The notes beneath the pieces are model-generated. The model was not told the origin of the DNA. It made no database searches and saw only the letters and a list, made by a program, of their open reading frames with translations. Below are positions 1 through 13,624 of a DNA stretch of 64,000 nucleotides, piece after piece. The DNA is taken from assembly GCF_004010195.1 (NCBI RefSeq), contig NC_057718.1:72407018-72471017 (forward strand), read 5' to 3'. The position numbers and the translations under genes were made by a program. Source of the DNA: Chiloscyllium plagiosum (lineage: Eukaryota). Position 1 is the first letter of the stretch, and every line of letters starts with the position of its first letter.

Positions 1-165
1 TTCTTAAATCAGCAAGCATGCTTTGTCCCTTCCAACTGTTATTCAAATTGCTACTGCGCTGTATTACCTTCTTGTTTCCCTTCGATTTAACAGATTTTCT
101 GTCACATGATTATTTCCCCCAACTGTTTAGTTTAAAGCCCTCTCTGCTCTGCTCGTTATATGAAA

Positions 166-296
166 ATTCCTGGTGAAGGGTTTATGCCCGAAGAACTGAC
201 TCTCCTGTTCTTTGGATACTTCCTGACTTGCTGTGCTTTTTTAGTGCCATGCTTTTCGACTCTGACTCTTCAATATCTGCAGTCCACACTTTTTCC
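166..296 (+). mobile_element. Decayed 3' terminal fragment of a Penelope-like element, starting at a degenerate hammerhead motif
   Basis: Similar to the intact copy at 31377-31505 (cctggtgaagggtttatgcccgaa...tctgcagtccacactttttcc). Confidence 0.7.
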
Positions 297-1689
297 TTAT
301 TATATGACTTGCCAGAATTCTAGTCTGAGTACAATTCAGGTGAAATCTGTCCCAACAGTACTGTTCTCAGCTACTTTCACTGGTCCCCATGAGTCAACGC
401 ATTCAACCTTCTCAGTCTTTGAGCCAAGCGTTCATCTCGCTAATCTTATTTTATCTAAATTAGTTTGCTACTGACTCAGGTAATAATCTAAAAAATATTG
501 CCTTAAAGTTCTGTGCTTTAATGTAGTCTCTTGCAGCTGATATTTCCTTGACAGAATCCCTTTCCTAGTCCAATCTATGTTGGCTGCAACAGCTAGATTC
601 TCTGTCCTTGTACTTCAAATTCTTCTCCAGCCTTGAGCAGATATTGTGAATCTTCGAACCCAGCAGGCAGCACAGCCTTCTGAACTCTTGTTCATAACTG
701 CAGAGAACTGTGTCTAACTCTCAACCATAATCTAGTCTCATACTTGAATTTTTTTTTATCAGGGTGCCATGATTAGATCATTCATCCAACTTCCAGCCTT
801 CACGCTCATCCATACAGGCTGCAAGAACTTATAGTTTTTGGACAATTCTAAGGACTTTAGCTTCTCCACTCTATCTTCTCGATCTACTTAATGCCTTAGT
901 TGTGGTCATATCCGCCTGTACCTACCATTTCCCTAGTCCGATAAATTTATCCTGAGCAATATGATAGCCTTCTAGAGGAATTTATTTAATGCCTCCATGA
1001 TGTTGTGCCTCTAAGCTGTGTCTGTAGCTTGGCCTCTAGCTTATTGACATTGAGCCATAGCCCCTCAAACCACGGATATATATTGCGGAAATGGTTGTGT
1101 TGGATCATGATAGCATTCATCAATTCTTATGTGACATGTGACCTGCTCTGCATTTTTATTATGTGTTAATGAATTTATTTTTCTTAATCTATAATTAATA
1201 CGTTTTAGTAATTTAAATAAATTTTACTACAGTTATTAAATCTTGCTGTTAATAAAGCCTAACATTTACTCATAAATTAACTATGTTTCAAAAGATAAAG
1301 GAGAAAATACCCACTAACCAGTTGCCTGATTCCATGTGACATCACAGTTTGATGATCCCCAAGTCCGCTGTGAATCTAGCTGCTTTATGATCGCCTCTTG
1401 CTCTCTGTCCTTGCGTTGCTTTATGGTCTCTTGTAGCCCTATCACATATTATGTTTTGTTATGGTCTTTTCCTGCTCTCACCCTCTTTCCTCATGTTGCC
1501 ATGTAATCTCTCAATGCTCTCTGTTTACTGTTGCTGTTTTATGATTTTTCATGGCTCGTTTCTCCTCTTTCTGCTTTATGGATTCTTGCTGCTGTCTTTG
1601 TAGATGCAGTCTGACCTGAGGACTTCCAGCATTTTCTGTATTGGTATCTATAAATCCTCTCTTGTATTGTCGTGCTTTAACTTCGACAC

Positions 1690-1935
1690 ATGGGCACGAT
1701 GGTTAGCACTGCTGCCTCACAGGGCCAGAGACCTGGGTTCAATTCCCACCTCAGGCAACTGTCTGTGTGGAGTTTGCACATTCTCCCCATGTCTGCGTGG
1801 GTTTCCTCCGGGTGCTCCAGTTTCCTCCCACGATCCAAAGATGTGCAGGTTGGGTGAATTGGCCATGCTGAATTGTCTTGAATTGTAGGGGAATGGGTCT
1901 GGGTGGTTTGCTGTTTGGAGGGTTGGTGTGGGCTC
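1690..1935 (+). mobile_element. HE1-type tRNA-derived SINE, 3' end interrupted by a Penelope-like fragment
   Basis: B-box GGTTCAATTCC and the central domain shared by more than 12 copies in the window. Confidence 0.85.
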
Positions 1936-2437
1936 ACCAGAACGAAGGACCCGATACCCAGCATGACCAAAACCAATGTAGTGTACAAAATCCCATGCAA
2001 GGACTGCACAAAACACGACATAGGACAAACAGGAAGACAGCTAACGATCCACATCCATGAGCACCAACTAGCCACGAAATGACTCGACCAGCTATCCTTC
2101 GTAGCCACGCACGCAGATGACAAACAACATGAGTTCGACTGGGACAACACTACTATTATAGGACAAGCCAAACAGAGAACATCCAGGGAATGCCTAGAGG
2201 CATGGCACTCATCCACAGATTCAATCAATAAGCACATCGACCTGGACCCAATATACCGACACTGCAACGGACAGCTGGAACTAACAACCGGAAGTGGCAG
2301 AGACAAACCACTATAAATGCCGGAGGAAACATCACAGAAGTGCTTCACAGGAGGTTCCCAAGCACTGAAGATGTCACCTAGACAGGGGACGAAATGTCTG
2401 CAACACAAATTCCCAGCTCGGTGAACAGAACCACAAC
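1936..2437 (+). mobile_element. Penelope-like element 3' part: GIY-YIG endonuclease remnant plus terminal hammerhead region
   Basis: Translates as TNVVYKIPCKDCTKHDIGQTGRQL..IHEH..FDWDNTTIIGQ..LEAWHS, with a stop; hammerhead motif at 2362-2401. Confidence 0.88.
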
Positions 2438-2574
2438 AGGTAGAATGGAGTCTTGATTTAATGCCTGTGCTGATGGACAACATCTGTGCAATGCTGTACC
2501 GTATCAGTACTCCTGTGGTGTGTCAGCCACAATTTTTGTGCTCACATCCTGGAGTTCCTCAATTAGAGGCACAA

Positions 2575-2877
2575 GATCAGATGTAGGATCCCCACAAACA
2601 GGGCATTTGGCCCAGCAAGTCCACACCAACCTACTGAAGAGCAACCCACCCACGCCCATCCCCCTGACAGACCTAACCTACACATCCCCGGGCATTATGG
2701 GGCAACTTAGCATGGCCAGTCCACCTAATTTGCACATCTTTGGACTGTGGGAGGAAATTGGAAACCCACACAGACCCAGGGAGAACTTGCAAACTCCACA
2801 CAAACAGTTGTGGAATTGAACCCGGGGTCCTTGGCTCTGAGAGGCAGCAGTGCTAATCACTGAGCCACCATGCCACC
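2575..2877 (-). mobile_element. HE1-type SINE
   Basis: Reverse complement of the SINE consensus, with A-box and B-box. Confidence 0.85.
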
Positions 2878-2914
2878 TTGAGAGTAATCCAGAGATTACT
2901 ACATTTAATTTTCT

Positions 2915-4330
2915 TTTGAAGGAAGTAATACCAGAACATTCGGGAAACCGTAATTTAATCAAGCAGAGTCAGAGTGGCTTCAAGAAAGGGAAATCATGTC
3001 TAATTTTTCTATTAGAGATTTCCAGGAAGTCTCAACCATTTTGACTTCCAGAAATAGTTTAACAAGGCACCTCACTAAAGTTATAAGAGACCACAGTGTT
3101 GGATGTAGTATATTGGTATGGATGGAGAACTGGCCAATGGGCAGGAAACAGGGTGTGGAAAAAGGACTTATTTTTCAGGTTGGCAATTCGTAACCTCTAG
3201 AGTTCCGCAGGATCATTGATGGGAGTGCAACTATTTACAATATGCTTACAATACTTGGAGGAAGGACATATACGTACTGGAGCCAAAATTTACAAGTGAC
3301 AAAAATAGGCTTGTTACAGAAAATCAGTTCCTGACAAGTAAGGTAAAGTTTCTCTTGCTATGCACAAAGTGGAACTGAAATGACTACAAGATCTTTAAGG
3401 TACATTTTTATTCATAAGGAAGTGATTTTATACTAAAAGTAGGTACTTGTGTAGCAATAAAGCAATTTTAAAATCAGTTTTATTGAATCGTTGAAGTAGA
3501 GAAGGAGGCTACTATAAATTCTTTTCAAGAACAAGTAATTTCATCCAACTTCCCTGTCTCGTTCCCTAACCCCGTAAATCTTTTCTGCACAAATAATTAT
3601 CCAGTTGTTAATTGAACAGCAGGAATGAATCTACCACTGTTCCTTTATTCCCCGAGATTCAATTTTGCTGGCAAATCTTACGTGTGCAGCTTTAGCAAAT
3701 GCCTTTTGAAAATTCATGTATATCTGACAACCTGCATTATCTCATCAACTTGCATTACCTCATCAAAAAAACTCAAGTAAGTTGACCATAATTTTCTCTG
3801 AAAAAGTATGTGCTGGCTTCCATTAGTTAATGCATGTTTGTTCAAGGAATTGTTAATTTTGTCCTCCACTATCATATTTCCATGGCTTTGAGCATAAACT
3901 CCTATTGTTGCTGGGTTAATCCTTGCATCTGATTTTGTTTTTGAACAAATAAGTTTCCATGTCTCTAATCCTTTGGTACCACTCCTGTATCTAAGATTAG
4001 ACAATTCCTGCCAGTGCCTCAGCAAAGTTCAGTCTTAATTCCCTCTGTATCCTTGGATGCAGCTGATTCAATACTATTGTTTTATGAACTTTGAAGTGTA
4101 GCCAGCTTTTCTAATACCTACTTTTGAACTTTTTAAAATTTTAGCCAACGCATTATCTCAATTCTCTCTATGATCTTGGCAGCAGCATCTTTTTTGGTAA
4201 AAGGTGAATGCAAAGTACTAATTTAGCACCTCAGCTATTCCTTTGCCTCCATATGTAAATGCATTTTTTTGTCCCTCTTTTTACATGTTTTTACTATGTG
4301 TATATCAATTGAAGACTTGAATGAATTTTA
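2915..4330. mobile_element. Old CR1-type LINE RT fragments (about 2915-3310 on +, about 3600-4330 on -)
   Basis: LIKQSQSGFKKGKSCL and VPQGS-like remnants; heavily decayed. Confidence 0.65.
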
Positions 4331-4475
4331 TCCACATATGGAATGTTGACTGCCACAATTTGGGTCTCGGTGCATGTTGTCAGTGAATGACCATTGAATC
4401 AGCAAAACAGTCTATAAAGGCAACTTTATCTTGGTATAACATTATGTTGTCTTAAATTATTACTACCTATTACAG

Positions 4476-4660
4476 GAAGACAATGGAGTGAAATTGGTTG
4501 ATCCTTTAGGTGAAATGCTTGCTCATGAATGGGAAGCGTATGCCACACAACTAGCAAACGCAGAAGACCAAGATCTGAAATCTGTCTTAACCAGTGTTCT
4601 CGACAAAGAGTCTGTGAATCTGCAGGAAGTGGCTCGGGTTGTTCTTGGCAGAGACACTCG
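4476..4660 (+). CDS. PGM3: PGM3 coding exon ([15 protein letters not shown]...VVLGRDTR), 185 nt
   Basis: tacAG acceptor and CG|GTATGT donor; translation matches the PGM3/AGM1 segment that follows the catalytic TASHN loop. Confidence 0.97.
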
Positions 4661-7228
4661 GTATGTGTTGTGATTTTGTTGTTATGGGTATAGCTGGATT
4701 AATTTATTTCTCAGTTCTTGGAACTGGGAAAAAAATTTCTTGTTAAGTAAACTGGTATTCTGTTGTTTGCTGTTTTATTTGTTGTGTGACCTAGTATTTT
4801 TCTTTTAATATCTAGGCATATTTGAAGCAAAGAAGTGGAGTTCAGTATTGTAGGGTTTGCGATCAGTTATTTGTTGATTTTTTAGGTAGTTCGAATCATT
4901 CCCAGCTCCATGGTTATGACAGTGGACTTATTTAGCAATGTGAAATGAAGAAGGCAGTGGACAGGTATTTCAGGGCAAAAGAATCCCTGTGTTTACTTAA
5001 AACATAAAGATGTAAATATACTGCTAGAAATAAAAGGCAAATGCAATAAGACAGTGAAATTTCGTCACTGTTATTTTGTTGAAATCTTTGAATTCCCTCC
5101 CTAAGGGAATTGTGGATCAACCTACAGTATATGGACTGTAGCATTTCAAGAAGGCAGCTCACCACCATCTTCTCGAGCAGCTGTGGACAGGCAATATACG
5201 TTGGTTAGCCAGTGGCACCCATGTTCTATGAGTGAATAAAAATAAGTTTTTATGCAGAGTCAAACAGGATCAATAGATTTTGAAATACAAATGGAAATAG
5301 TCTAAATATTTAATCTTTGTGGAAAGTAACTTGCAATGTTGATGCTTTGGCCTGAGTGCCTCAAAAATTCAACAATATTTTAAAGTCTTGTTTGGAAGGG
5401 GGATGAAATAATCTTGAAGCAAGATTTGTGTCAGTAACTTGGGGTCACAATTTCAGGATTGTCAGCAAGAGAGCTAGAAACGAGATGAAGAGAAACTTAT
5501 TTACTCTGAGTTGTTAGAATTTGGAATACTTTGCCAGGGAGAGTGATGGAGGCAGATTCCATCGGACAGTGTTGATATATATTTGAAAGTGATGAAGTTA
5601 GAGCGCCACGGGGATAGGACAGCAGAGTGGTACTAGCTGGGTAGTTCTTTCGGGACCTGGTATAGACATGATGAGTCGAATACCTTGCTGTAGTCTAAAA
5701 TTCTATGATATGTAACCTCTTGGAAGTTACTTCTGTCAGTTCTTTTGATTCAGAAGAAATAACTGAACGTGAACAGTTTTCGTTGGAAATATACTGCTGT
5801 AGGCCTGCTTATTTCTATTTTTTTCTGGTCCATTGGTACACTAAACAGTTGTATTGCTATTACCATTTATTATAATTACCGAAAAAGAATTTATTCATCT
5901 CTGTCTTGGCAGTGTTTGGAAACGATTCAGGGTCATTTCTTTTGCCAGGGGTTCCTTTTGAAATTATTTTGCAGATAATTTTGACTTATGGGGACTCCTT
6001 TTGATTTTCATGGGGTGCCTTTCCCATTCTCATTAACTTTCTTAGTATACAATATAATCATGTAACAATGTTACCTTGTGTATTTGTGTTGCATCTTATT
6101 TGGGTTTTCTTCTTTGCGTAGATTAGATATACATTAAATCTTTTAACTTGTGATCTAGGAATATTATTTTGTTAAGTTAATATAAAAAGATCTCCCAAAC
6201 CACAGACATGTGAACATGTCCCTCTTTTCATCCCCCCCACTCCCCCACCCTCTCTCACCCCACCCACCAGACAGAACAGCTGTGGTATCCACACAGACTG
6301 AAACTCAGGCCCCGCAAGGAATGTTACATAGAAACAGAGAAAATAGTAGCAGGAGTAGGCCATTTGGCCAAGTAACTTAATAGCCTCTTCCTGCTTTTCC
6401 CATGCATCCTTGATCCCTTTAGCTTCAAGTGCTATACCCAACTCCTTGAAGTCATGAAATGCTTTGGTCTCAGCTGCTTTCTGTGTTAGCGAATTTTGCA
6501 AGTACACCACGAGATGAAATTTCTCCTCATCTCGTCTTGAGTGGTTCACCCCATATTGTTAGACTGTGTGGTTTTGGACTCTCCTGTCACTGGGAGTATC
6601 CTTCCTGCAGCTACCCTTAAAATTTTATAGTTTTCAATGAGGTAGCCCTTCAGTTCTTCAGAACACTAGCGAATGTGATCCTAAATGTTTTGACTTTGCC
6701 TCATACGTCAGTCCAGCTATCCCAAGAATCAGTCTGGTAAAGCTTTGCTTTCCTCCCTGTATAGCAAGAACATCCCTCCTTACATAAAGAGACTAAAACT
6801 GTGTACAGTTTTTCATGTATGGTTCCAATAAGGCCCTATGTAATTGCAACAATACATTCCTGCTTCTGTACTCTCATACAGTTTGCCTTCTTAACTGCTT
6901 GCTTACCTTCAGCGACATTCCCCTCTCTCAATTTATAGCTATTCAGGTAATAATCTGCCTTCCTATTTTGCTACCAAAGTAGCTAAGATCACATTTATCC
7001 AGATTAAACTGCATCCTCCATGCATTTGCCCACTGATTCCACTTGGCCAAATCACACTGGCCAAAATGCCAAAATCTTTGCATTTTCTTCACAGCTTTGT
7101 CCTCCCACCAACCTTTGTGTCATCTGCAAATTTGGAAATACACACAGTTCATGCATCCAAATCATTAATATATGTTGTGAATAGCTGGGGTGCTGAAACT
7201 GATCCCTGTGGTACCCTACTAGTCACTG

Positions 7229-8119
7229 GGAGAAAGTGAGGACTGCAGATGCTGGAGTACCAGAGTTGAAAAATGTGGTGCTGGAAAAACACAGCAGGCC
7301 AGGCAGCATCCGAGCAGCAGGAGAATCGACGTTTCGAGCATAAGCCCTTCTTCAGGAATGAGGCTGGTGTGCCAAGCGGGCTGAGATAAAAGGTAGGGGG
7401 AANNNNNNNNNNNNNNNNNNNNNNNNNNNNNNNNNNNNNNNNNNNNNNNNNNNNNNNNNNNNNNNNNNNNNNNNNNNNNNNNNNNNNNNNNNNNNNNNNN
7501 NNNNNNNNNNNNNNNNNNNNNNNNNNNNNNNNNNNNNNNNNNNNNNNNNNNNNNNNNNNNNNNNNNNNNNNNNNNNNNNNNNNNNNNNNNNNNNNNNNNN
7601 NNNNNNNNNNNNNNNNNNNNNNNNNNNNNNNNNNNNNNNNNNNNNNNNNNNNNNNNNNNNNNNNNNNNNNNNNNNNNNNNNNNNNNNNNNNNNNNNNNNN
7701 NNNNNNNNNNNNNNNNNNNNNNNNNNNNNNNNNNNNNNNNNNNNNNNNNNNNNNNNNNNNNNNNNNNNNNNNNNNNNNNNNNNNNNNNNNNNNNNNNNNN
7801 NNNNNNNNNNNNNNNNNNNNNNNNNNNNNNNNNNNNNNNNNNNTCTCAGTCCCAACCCTCAGATTCAGCACCGCCCTCTTGACCTGCAATCTTCTTCCCG
7901 ACCTCTCTGCGCCCACCCCCTCTCCCGGCCTATCACCCTCACCCTCACCTCCTAATGTATTCCCAGTGCCCCTCCCCCAAATTCCCTCCTCCCTACCTTT
8001 TATCTCAGCCCGCTTGGCACACCAGCCTCATTCCTGAAGAAGGGCTTATGCTCGAAACGTCGATTCTCCTGCTGCTCGGATGCTGCCTGGCCTGCTGTGT
8101 TTTTCCAGCACCACATTGT
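7229..8119. mobile_element. Fold-back Penelope-like insertion with inverted arms and a 14-bp TSD
   Basis: TSD cctactagtcactg at 7215-7228 and 8120-8133; arms are reverse complements; hammerhead motifs at 7324-7359 (-) and 8030-8065 (+); centre is an N gap. Confidence 0.85.
7403..7843. other. Assembly gap (N run)
   Basis: Run of N; other gaps at about 20593-20693 and 62567-62718. Confidence 0.99.
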
Positions 8120-9054
8120 CCTACTAGTCACTGCCCCACATTTGTAAAAGAGCCTGTACATTCCTATCCTTAGTTTCCTGACTGCCGACAGTTTTTTTTA
8201 TCCATCTTAATACACTTCTCCCAAACATGTGTGCTTTAATTTTACAAACTAATGTCTTCGGTTGAACTTTATTGAAAGCCTTCAGAAAGCCCAAGTAAGC
8301 CACACTACTGGTTTCTCCTTGCCAACTTCTTGCATCTTCGAAGAATTCTTGTACATTTGTAAAATGTGATTTTCCTTTGCAAATCAATGCTGACTCCATC
8401 CGATCTTACCACTGTTTTCCAAAAATGTAGCTATTAATTTATTTTTTATAATGAACTGCAGCATTTTCCCACTACCATATCAAGCTGATTGATCTGTACT
8501 TCCTCGTGTTCTCCGTCCCTTCCTTCTTAAATTGAAGGGTTATATTAGCCAGCTCTCCAACCTGGAGGAACTGTTCCAGAATCTGCAGAATCTTGGAAGA
8601 TGACCATTAATGTATCCGCTACTTCTAGGACAACTTTAAGTACTTTGGGACATAGATTATCAAGCTCTAGAGATTCAACAGCCTTCAATCCTATCCATTT
8701 TCACAACACTGTTTCCCTGCTAATGCTAATTTCCTTCCATTCTTCTTTCTCACTAAACCCAATGTTTCCCAATATTTTGGAATATTATTTCTCACCTCCT
8801 TTGTGAAAACAGGACCAAAATATGTATTTAGTAGGTTAGCTATTTCTTTGTTGACCATTATAAACTCTCCTGTTTCTGACTTCAATCTTTTTTTTCTCCT
8901 CACAAACCTATAGAACTTGGAGTCAGTTTTTATATTCACTGCCATTCTTACTCTCTCACTCTATTTTCCCTTTCTTAATCAATCCCTTTGTCTTTTGCTG
9001 AATTCTAGACTGTTTCCACTCCTTTTGGTGTGCTATTTTTGCATGCCAATTTTA

Positions 9055-9393
9055 GAATTGTGGAGACAGATCATTTGGCCCAACAAGTCCAAACCAACCC
9101 TCCGAAGAATATCCCACCCAGACCCATTCCCCAACACCTATAGCTCTACATTTCCCCTGACGAATGCACCTAGCCTACACATCCCTGAACACAATGGGCA
9201 ATTTAGCATGGCCAGTTTACCTAACTTGCATTTTGTTGGATTGTGGGACGAAACTGGAGCACCCGGAGGAAACCCACACAGACACTGGGAGAACATGCAA
9301 AATCCACACAGACAATCACCTAAGGCTGGGATCAAACCCGGGTCCCTGGCAGTGTGAGGCAGCAGTGCTAACCACTGAGTCAGCGTGCTGCCC
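9055..9393 (-). mobile_element. HE1-type SINE
   Basis: Reverse complement of the SINE consensus. Confidence 0.85.
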
Positions 9394-9609
9394 AAATTTG
9401 TACCTCTTTGCTGGATCTATTACTATACGTCATGGTTTGGCTGCCTTTCCTGTTTTCATTTTGTACCAGATGGGGTTAAATAATTATTCCAGTTCACCCA
9501 TGCACTCTTTGAATGTTTGCTATTGCCGATCCACCTCCATCCCTTCAAGTAGTGCTCCCCAATTGATCATCACTAACTCACACCTCATACCATCACAGTT
9601 TCCCCTAGG

Positions 9610-10755
9610 TCTTATCTTACAAACTTGGTTAATTTGTTTGAGGAAGTGATGAAGATGATTGAAGGTAGGACTGTGGATGTAGTCTATATGGACTTTACTA
9701 AAACATTTGATAAGGACCCTCATGTTAGACCTCTCAAGAAAATTAAGTCTATTGAGTTAGTAAGTTTGAAACAAAATTAGCTTGCCTGTAGGAGACAGAG
9801 TAATTGTGGAGGGGTGTTTTTCAGGCTGGAGGTCAGTGACCAGTGGTATTCTGCAATAATCAGTGCTGGGACCTCTTGGTAGTAATATATATCAATGACT
9901 TAAATGATAATGTAGGTGGTCTGAATAGAAAATTTGCAGATGATACGAAAATTGGTGGACTTGTGGATACTGTGCAAGGTTGTCAAAGGATACAGCAGGA
10001 CATAGATCAGTTGGAAAGTTTGGCAAAGAAATGGCAGATAGAGCTTAATCCAGACAAGTGTGAAGCGATATGTTTTGGGAGGTTAAATGCAAAAAGAAAT
10101 GGCAGGACCCTTTGGAAGATTGGTGGACAGAAGAATCTTGGGGTCCATGTGTACCTGAAAGTGGCAACACACATTGAAAGGTAGTAAAGAAGGTTTACGG
10201 CATGCTTGCCTTCATCCATTGGGACATAGAGTATAAATGCTGGCAAGTCACATTGCAGATTTATAAAAATATATAAACACATTTGGAGTATTGTGTGCAG
10301 TTCTGATCACCGCACTATAGAAGGGATGTGGAGGCTTTAGAGAGGGTGCAAAAGAGGTTTATCAGAATGCTACCAGGATTGGAGTGTAATAGCTTATAAG
10401 AGGGGGTTGGACAAACTTGGATTGTTGTAACTAGCGTGTCAGAGGCTGAGGGGCCACGTGGTGGAAGCATATAAAATTATGAGAGTTGTGAATAGAGTTG
10501 GTAGTCTTTTTCCCGGGATGGAAAAGTTTAAAGGAGATATGCAAGGCATACAGAATGTGATAAGTGCATGGAAAACATTCCAAGGGTTAATGGTAGAAGC
10601 AGATACTTTGAAGAGGCATTCAGACTGATATGTGGACAGGCAGGGGATAGAAGAGTACAGACCACATGCAGACATGGGATTTGTTTAAAATAGCATAATG
10701 ATTGACACAGACACTGTGAAGGCCTGTTCCTTAGCTGTACTGTTAGATGTTCTCT
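9610..10755 (+). mobile_element. CR1-type LINE 3' portion (RT)
   Basis: IYINDL..KFADDTKIGG..KKWQIELNPDKC in ORF 9843-10184; CR1-type 3' tail. Confidence 0.9.
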
Positions 10756-10779
10756 ACGTGCATCTTAGAACTTATGATG

Positions 10780-11830
10780 CCTCAGTATTTTGAAACGGTG
10801 ACTAAATATATATAGGTGAGGGCAGTGAAGTTGATGTGTTTTACTTCAATTTCAGAAAGGCCTTTGGCAGGGTGCCACTTGAAAGGCTGGTTCAAAAGGA
10901 AAGAGCCCCTGGGATACAAGGAAAGTTGCCAAACTGGATCCAAAATTAAATAGGAGGCAAAGAGTGATGGTACAGAGTTGATTTGTCATTCAAAGTCTGT
11001 GACAAGTGGTGTACCATAAGGTTCACTGTGACCCTCGTTTATTATATGTGTAGAAGGTACAATTTGTCAGCTTGCAGATGACATTAAAATCGGTGTTTGG
11101 GATTGTTTGGGAGGTCTAATATAGGAATGATATCACTGGTGTTCAATCACTGGTCAATCACATAATCATTGGTGTACAAATCCAAAGATCCTTGAAGGTG
11201 TCAGCACAGTTAGGGTGCTAAAGAAGGCATATGGGATTTTTTGCCTTCATCAACCTGGTGCAAAATACAGGAAAAGGAAATCTTGTTACAATTTCATAAA
11301 ATATTGATTAGGCTACGGATGAAATACTCTGTGCAGGTCTGCCACACTCTCAGAAGGACATGATTGCACTGGAGAAGGTGCAGATGAGATTCAACATGAT
11401 GTTGCCTTGGTTGGAAAGTCTCCATTATGAGGAGAGATTGGATGGACTGTGTTTTTCTTTGACAGAGGAGGTGGAGAGGGAATCTGATTGAAGTATACAA
11501 AATTGAGAGAATCTTTTCCCCATGGCAGAAGTGTCTTAAGACTAGAAAGCATAAGTTTAAGTTAAAGAGCAAATGGTTTAGAAGAGGTCTGAGAGAAAAT
11601 CTTTCCACTCAAAGAGTGTTAGAAATATGGAATGTATTGTCTGACAGGATGCAAGTAGATACTCATGAGACATTTAAGAAGCATCTAGACAAATACTTAA
11701 AATGCCAGGGCAGAGTAGACTATGGACCAAATGCAGGTAAATGGGATGAGTGTACTTTTGTGTTTGTTGGTTGACATAGATGTGGTGGGCTGAAGGGCCT
11801 GCTGCTGTGCTGTAAGATTCAATGACTCTA
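10780..11830 (+). mobile_element. Decayed CR1-type LINE 3' portion
   Basis: FRKAFGRVP and LADDIKIG remnants; 3' tail ending ...atgactctatga. Confidence 0.8.
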
Positions 11831-13624
11831 TGAAACTATCACTATCCATCTCAATGAGGAAATCCATCACATTATAGTCACTCATCCCAATGGGCCTCGC
11901 ACAACTAGTTATTCCTTTCTCATTAAACAATATCCAGTCTAGGGCAGCCTGTTCTCTAGTTGGTCCGGAAAACCATCTGGTATGCACTATAGGAATTCCT
12001 CCTGTTTGATTTGTTACTCATTTGATTTGCCAAATCTGTATGTGACTGAAGTCAGTTAGTTAAGTAATATGTTAAAAGTGATCAGTTTTCCTTTTTACTT
12101 TGACATATTTTACACAAAAAGCCATCACTAAAAACAATTTCTGAAATGTTAAGGTTAGTCAGGGTGCTAAAGAAGGCATATGGGATTTTGTGTTAGATAT
12201 TTGTCTCTCACACAATCATTGACAATATGAAATAAATGCAAATCCTAATTTCCATACATCTACTAGCTGTGTATATTTTGAGTGCTAGACCTCAAAATCT
12301 GAATATCCATTTCTGGAGTGTCCAAAGACTTATAATTTTTTGAAGAAATTTGTTTACTATCATAGGAGTTCTGAGATCATGATGTTGTGTTTTAGATTCC
12401 CTAGCCATGGACATGTTTTCTCAGCACCTACCAGACAAATGCTTAAGAATTACATGTATCAGTTAGATTGAACTTCTCTTGTGTGCCACCATTTTGCCAA
12501 AAGACTCTGGTCTCTCCATGATATAAACAAACCCCCTTTTTATATTTATAGTCATCTTCATATTATATTAACCAAGAATATTAAACATTAAAGTAATAAT
12601 ATTGCTGAAAATAAATTTTATTGCTAAATTGTAAAAAGCAAAATTGGGTAATTATTTAGTCTTTTGTGAGGAGCCTGATCTTACTGTTTAGAAACACGGC
12701 ATTAGATTACCCCTCATTCCTCTAAATTTCAGGGGAGCGAGGTCTTGTTTACTTAACCTCTCCTCATAGGTCAGCTCCCTCACCTTAGGAATCAATTGAG
12801 CTTTCGTTGCTCAGACTATTGTCCAGTCTTCAGCTCTGGACCCACATACAGCACTTTAAGGACTATCTGCAACGCAACATCTTGATTGAACCCATTTTGA
12901 TGGTGATTTCATGGCTTTTCTTTGTGTTCTTAAACTTTCATTAATCTTGTATCACTTTATCTCATTTTTGCAAAAAAAAAAGTTCAAAATAATATTAAAT
13001 TGTCTTGTTTTATATTATCATTGGAATTTAAGCAACAGAGTTGCTCCTCTAAAGGTATTGTGTTGTTGACAATATTTTAAGCCTAGCTTTTTGTTTTAGT
13101 AATGTTGAATCCCTGTTATAGAGTAATTAGATTCTTCCTTCACTAAGGAGTCCAAAACTGCACACTGACTGGTAAAAACCTTTTTTAAAACTCATTCTGC
13201 CATTTTTATTCTGGACAGCCAATTTTAAGGTGATCAGACTTGCTTGATTTTGCAACATGTTAAAGGCAGAATATTTGCAATTTTGTGGTGCTCTGTAATC
13301 ACCCTATTTGAAGAAGGAATGGAAGTTTAGTTAGTATCTCTGTAATTTCCACCTTGTTTCCTTAGGAAATCTAGGACACATCCCATCTTGTTCTGTTAAC
13401 TTATAGCCAGCCTTTCTAATGCATCCACTTTTTCAATCTTTAGCCCAATAATTATCTTTGCTACATCCCTGCAGAATTATTTTGGCAGCATCTTTGGTGA
13501 AAATGTATGCAAAGCAACAATTTGATATGTCAGCCATGCTCTCTGTTCTGTACATTTTTCATATCTAATAGGCCCTGCTTCTCCTTTTGCAATTTATGTA
13601 CCTTTGAAGACTTTTGGATTTCAA

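Larger units (their letters stand above)
6325..9600 (-). mobile_element. Decayed CR1-type LINE (3' end near 6325), interrupted by a PLE insertion (7229-8119) and a SINE (9055-9393)
   Basis: VTSRVPQGSV..LFTTYINDLD, FLKAFNKV and IANLLNTYFGPVFTKE remnants on the minus strand. Confidence 0.85.

Noticed and set aside
1677..2483. 268-aa minus-strand ORF
   Set aside because: Antisense reading across a SINE and a PLE endonuclease remnant; no recognisable domain.
7149..7916. Long ORFs here and at 62472-62862
   Set aside because: Open only because they span N gaps.
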